Below the pieces are notes generated by a model. It was not told where the DNA came from. It saw only the letters and a list, made by a program, of their open reading frames with translations, and did no database searches. This document shows positions 29,341-32,000 of a stretch of 32,000 nucleotides of DNA, in pieces. Every line of letters starts with the position of its first letter. Position 1 is the stretch's first letter. The position numbers and the translations under genes are program-made. This DNA is from Longivirga aurantiaca (GTDB taxonomy: Bacteria > Actinomycetota > Actinomycetes > S36-B12 > CAIYMF01), in contig NZ_JBHSTI010000002.1 of NCBI RefSeq assembly GCF_042660085.1, forward strand, positions 270,001 to 302,000. The letters run 5' to 3'.

Positions 29341-29612
29341 CGGACGGGGGCCGCGCGACGCCGGCCGCGCGGCGCGCAGACGACGGGATTCGGGCTCGAG
29401 CGGAAGGACCGCCACGCCACGCACCTCCTCGTCGTCACGCCGGCCGGGGGATGGCCCACCCTGCTCGAACGGCAACGAAGTCTCCCGCATTCCGCCCCGA
29501 TGTGCAGAGGGAGGTCTCGGGACGTCAGCAATTCTTCATCTCCGCTCAGCGCGCGGTCACCGCGCGCTCACCTCGCTGTACGCCGTGTGCACGCCGAGGT
29601 CGCCGGAACGGA

Positions 29613-29648
29613 CGTGCCCCGGGACGCCGCTCGGCGTCCCGGGGCACG
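29613..29648. terminator. Terminator-like hairpin downstream of phoU
   Basis: CGTGCCCCGGGACGCC-GCTC-GGCGTCCCGGGGCACG, perfect 16-bp arms. Confidence 0.8.
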
Positions 29649-29666
29649 AGGTGCCGTGAGGCGAGG

Positions 29667-30347
29667 TCAGGAGAGGTTCTCGACGATCGCCTCGGGGTCG
29701 ACGGTGGCGTACGGCTCACCGGTCGCGACGTAGACGACCCGCTTGGCGATGGTGACGGCGTGGTCGGCGAACCGCTCGTAGTACCGCGACAGCAGGGTCA
29801 CGTCGACGGCTGCCTCGACCCCGAAGTCCCAGGAGGGCGCGAGGACCGTGGAGAAGAGCTCCTTGTGCAGGCGGTCCATCTCCTCGTCCGTGCGGGCGAT
29901 GTCCGCGGCGAGCGAGACGTCCTTCGTGGCGATGACCGAGCCGGTCTTGGCGACGACGTTCTGCGCCACCGCACCCATGGCCTGGAAGGTCGGCCGCAGC
30001 TGCACGGGGACGGCCGACGAGGGGTAGCGCATGCGGGCGGCCTTGGCGATGTGCTCGGCGAGGTCGCCCATGCGCTCGAGCGAGGCGGAGATGCGCAGGG
30101 CCGCGACGATGATGCGCAGGTCGGTCGCCACCGGCTGCTGACGGGCCGACACCTGGAAGCAGTCGGCCTCGACCTTGGAGGCGATCGCGTCGATGGCCTC
30201 GTCGCCCGCGATGACGCTCTCGGCCAGGGCGAGGTCGGCATCGAGCAGGGATTGCGTGGCGCGGTTCATGGCCGAGCCGACGAGCCGCGTCATCTCGACG
30301 AGCTCGTCGCTCACCTGGTCGAGCTGGGAGTGGTAGGTCTCGCGCAT
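29667..30347 (-). CDS. phoU: Phosphate signalling regulator PhoU
   Basis: MRETYHSQLDQVSDELVEMTRLVGSAMNRATQSLLDADLALAESVI...RIIVAALRISASLERMGDLAEHIAKAA...LLSRYYERFADHAVTIAKRVVYV. Confidence 0.95.
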   Translation of the reverse strand: MRETYHSQLDQVSDELVEMTRLVGSAMNRATQSLLDADLALAESVIAGDEAIDAIASKVEADCFQVSARQQPVATDLRIIVAALRISASLERMGDLAEHIAKAARMRYPSSAVPVQLRPTFQAMGAVAQNVVAKTGSVIATKDVSLAADIARTDEEMDRLHKELFSTVLAPSWDFGVEAAVDVTLLSRYYERFADHAVTIAKRVVYVATGEPYATVDPEAIVENLS

Positions 30348-30456
30348 CGCTGGTCCTCGCCTCGCGCCACTGGGGCCGGTCTGCGGAGCCGGAGGGAGCC
30401 GGCTTCCCGATCGGCCATGAGCCTAGGCCCGGCTGGGTACCAGCCGGTGCCTCAGA

Positions 30457-30550
30457 GTGAACGAACCCCGACCGCCAGATGAACATCGGGTGTCGAGAGT
30501 GAACACGGGGCGAAGTCTTGCACTGCAGGCCGTTCGCCGTTCGTTCGCAC
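30457..30550. promoter_or_regulatory. Putative PHO-box-like repeats between phoU and the kinase gene
   Basis: GTGAACG (30457), ATGAACA (30479), GTGAACA (30499) and 11-nt tandem units GTTCGCCGTTC|GTTCGCACTCC (30532-30553). Confidence 0.45.
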
Positions 30551-30576
30551 TCCCGCTCGGCCCTATCGTGGTCGTT

Positions 30577-31749
30577 GTGGACGGCGCCCTGGGCCTCATC
30601 GTGGCCTCCGTTGCGGCGTTCGCCGTCGGCGTCCTGGCCACCTACGTCGTCCTCCGACGCCGGGCCGGGCCTCACGCGGACACCGCGCGGCTGGCCCTGG
30701 AGCGGGACGACGTCCCCTCGCCGAACGTCCCCGAAGGCCTCGGGCGGCTGCTTGCGGTGCTGCCCGGTGCGGCATTCGTCGTGGGTGCTGACGACGGCGT
30801 CCTGCGCGCGTCCACCCAGAGCGCGGCGCTCGGCGTCGTGCAGGGCCGGCGCCTGGACATCCCCGAGATCCGCGCGCTCGTCGCCGCGGTGCGCCGGGAC
30901 GGCGTCATCCGCGAGGAGGACCTCGAGCTCCGGCGCCCGCCGCTGGGCAAGGGCGTCATCCATGCCCGCGTCCGGGTAGCGACGCTGTCACCGACCGCAG
31001 CCCTCGTGATCGTCGAGGACCTGTCGGAGGCCCTGCGTCTCGACGCCGTCCGCCGCGACTTCGTGGCCAACGTGTCGCACGAGCTGAAGACCCCTGTGGG
31101 CGCGCTGTCGCTCCTCGCCGAGGCTGTGCAGAGCGCGAGCGACGACCCCGAGGCCGTGCAGCGCTTCTCCGCCCGCATGCAGGTCGAGTCGAGACGGCTC
31201 ACCAACCTCATGAACGACCTCGTCGACCTCTCCCGGCTGCAGGGCGCCGAGGTGGCCCAGGCCGAGCCGGTCGAGGTCGACCGCGTCGTGGCCGAGGCCG
31301 TCGACGCCACGAAGCTGCTGGCCGGTTCCCGCGACATCGAGGTGGTGATCGGGAGCCCGGTGGGTGCGGTGGTCCTCGGCAGCGAGGCCCAGCTCGTCAT
31401 GGCGCTGCGCAACCTGCTCACGAACGCCATCGCCTACTCGCCGACGGGCACCCGGGTGGTCGTCGCGGCGCGCCGCGGCGACCAGGCCGTCGAGATCGGC
31501 GTGACCGACCAGGGGATCGGCATCCCCGAGGGCGAGCAGGCCCGGATCTTCGAGCGCTTCTACCGCGTCGACCCGGCACGGTCGCGCATCACCGGCGGCA
31601 CCGGCCTCGGCCTTGCCATCGTCAAGCACGTCTGCGTCAACCACGGCGGCGAGTGCACCGTCTGGTCCGTCGAGGGCGAGGGCTCGACGTTCACCCTCAG
31701 GCTTCCGCTGGCACCCGCCGGCACCACCGAAGGAGACACCCCCCAGTGA
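30577..31749 (+). CDS. senX3: SenX3-like sensor histidine kinase (start uncertain; ORF open from 30457)
   Basis: DFVANVSHELKTPVGALSLLAEAV (H box), LRNLLTNAIAYSP (N box), ERFYRVDPARSRITGGTGLGLAIVKHV (F/G boxes); next to phoU and a RegX3-like regulator. Confidence 0.9.
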   Translation: MDGALGLIVASVAAFAVGVLATYVVLRRRAGPHADTARLALERDDVPSPNVPEGLGRLLAVLPGAAFVVGADDGVLRASTQSAALGVVQGRRLDIPEIRALVAAVRRDGVIREEDLELRRPPLGKGVIHARVRVATLSPTAALVIVEDLSEALRLDAVRRDFVANVSHELKTPVGALSLLAEAVQSASDDPEAVQRFSARMQVESRRLTNLMNDLVDLSRLQGAEVAQAEPVEVDRVVAEAVDATKLLAGSRDIEVVIGSPVGAVVLGSEAQLVMALRNLLTNAIAYSPTGTRVVVAARRGDQAVEIGVTDQGIGIPEGEQARIFERFYRVDPARSRITGGTGLGLAIVKHVCVNHGGECTVWSVEGEGSTFTLRLPLAPAGTTEGDTPQ

Positions 31750-32000
31750 CCCGTGTTCTCGTCGTGGAGGACGAGGAGTCCTTCTCGGACGCCCTGTCCT
31801 TCATGCTGCGCAAGGAGGGCTTCGAGGTCGGCATCGCGGCGACGGGCACCGATGCCGTCGCCCAGTTCGACCAGAACGGGGCCGACCTCGTGCTGCTCGA
31901 CCTCATGCTGCCCGGCATGTCCGGCACCGAGGTGTGCCGCGCGCTGCGCCAGCGCTCGAGCGTGCCGATCATCATGGTCACGGCCAAGGACGGCGAGGTC
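31746..32000 (+). CDS. regX3: RegX3-like response regulator, receiver domain, truncated by window edge
   Basis: Translated from GTG at 31746: MTRVLVVEDEESFSDALSFMLRKEGFEVGIAATGTDAVAQFDQNGADLVLLDLMLPGMSGTEVCRALRQRSSVPIIMVTAKDGEV. Confidence 0.92.
   Translation, partial: MTRVLVVEDEESFSDALSFMLRKEGFEVGIAATGTDAVAQFDQNGADLVLLDLMLPGMSGTEVCRALRQRSSVPIIMVTAKDGEV

Noticed and set aside
28177-29733. 518-aa plus-strand ORF opposite mshA
   Set aside because: mshA on the minus strand is unambiguous; the antisense frame is a high-GC artefact.

Overview
High-GC actinobacterial (actinomycete-like) chromosomal segment of mostly conserved housekeeping and stress genes. Recognisable blocks: (1) mshD / GlnR-type regulator / hydrolase / MoaD-like / thioredoxin / DUF4395 / DUF1416 / 1-Cys peroxiredoxin, with a small Cys-containing leader peptide; (2) DsrE-like / nitrobindin-like / fur / ygfZ / galU / dtd; (3) a DUF4388-type protein with a ~480-aa [10 protein letters not shown] repeat region; (4) BKACE-type enzyme / RsiG-like protein / asparaginase; (5) arsenic locus arsI <-> arsR-arsC-aquaporin-acr3 remnant; (6) APC permease / XRE regulator / Lys-rich HBHA-like protein; (7) dioxygenase / DUF2516 / methyltransferase / macro domain / GNAT / AlaX / secreted protein / gpmA / YbjN / mshA / phoU / senX3-regX3-like pair. 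Best leads: a four-copy 61-bp structured intergenic repeat that sits immediately 3' of a stop codon each time, always in the same orientation relative to the upstream gene; a multiply damaged acr3 in an operon that keeps arsC and an aquaporin; an RsiG-like protein with two c-di-GMP-type signatures, one diverged; a conserved-type leader peptide followed by a perfect hairpin; and a second, two-copy intergenic repeat family. No CRISPR, prophage, transposase or complete new defence system was found. No searches or folding programs were run; family calls come from reading the translations.
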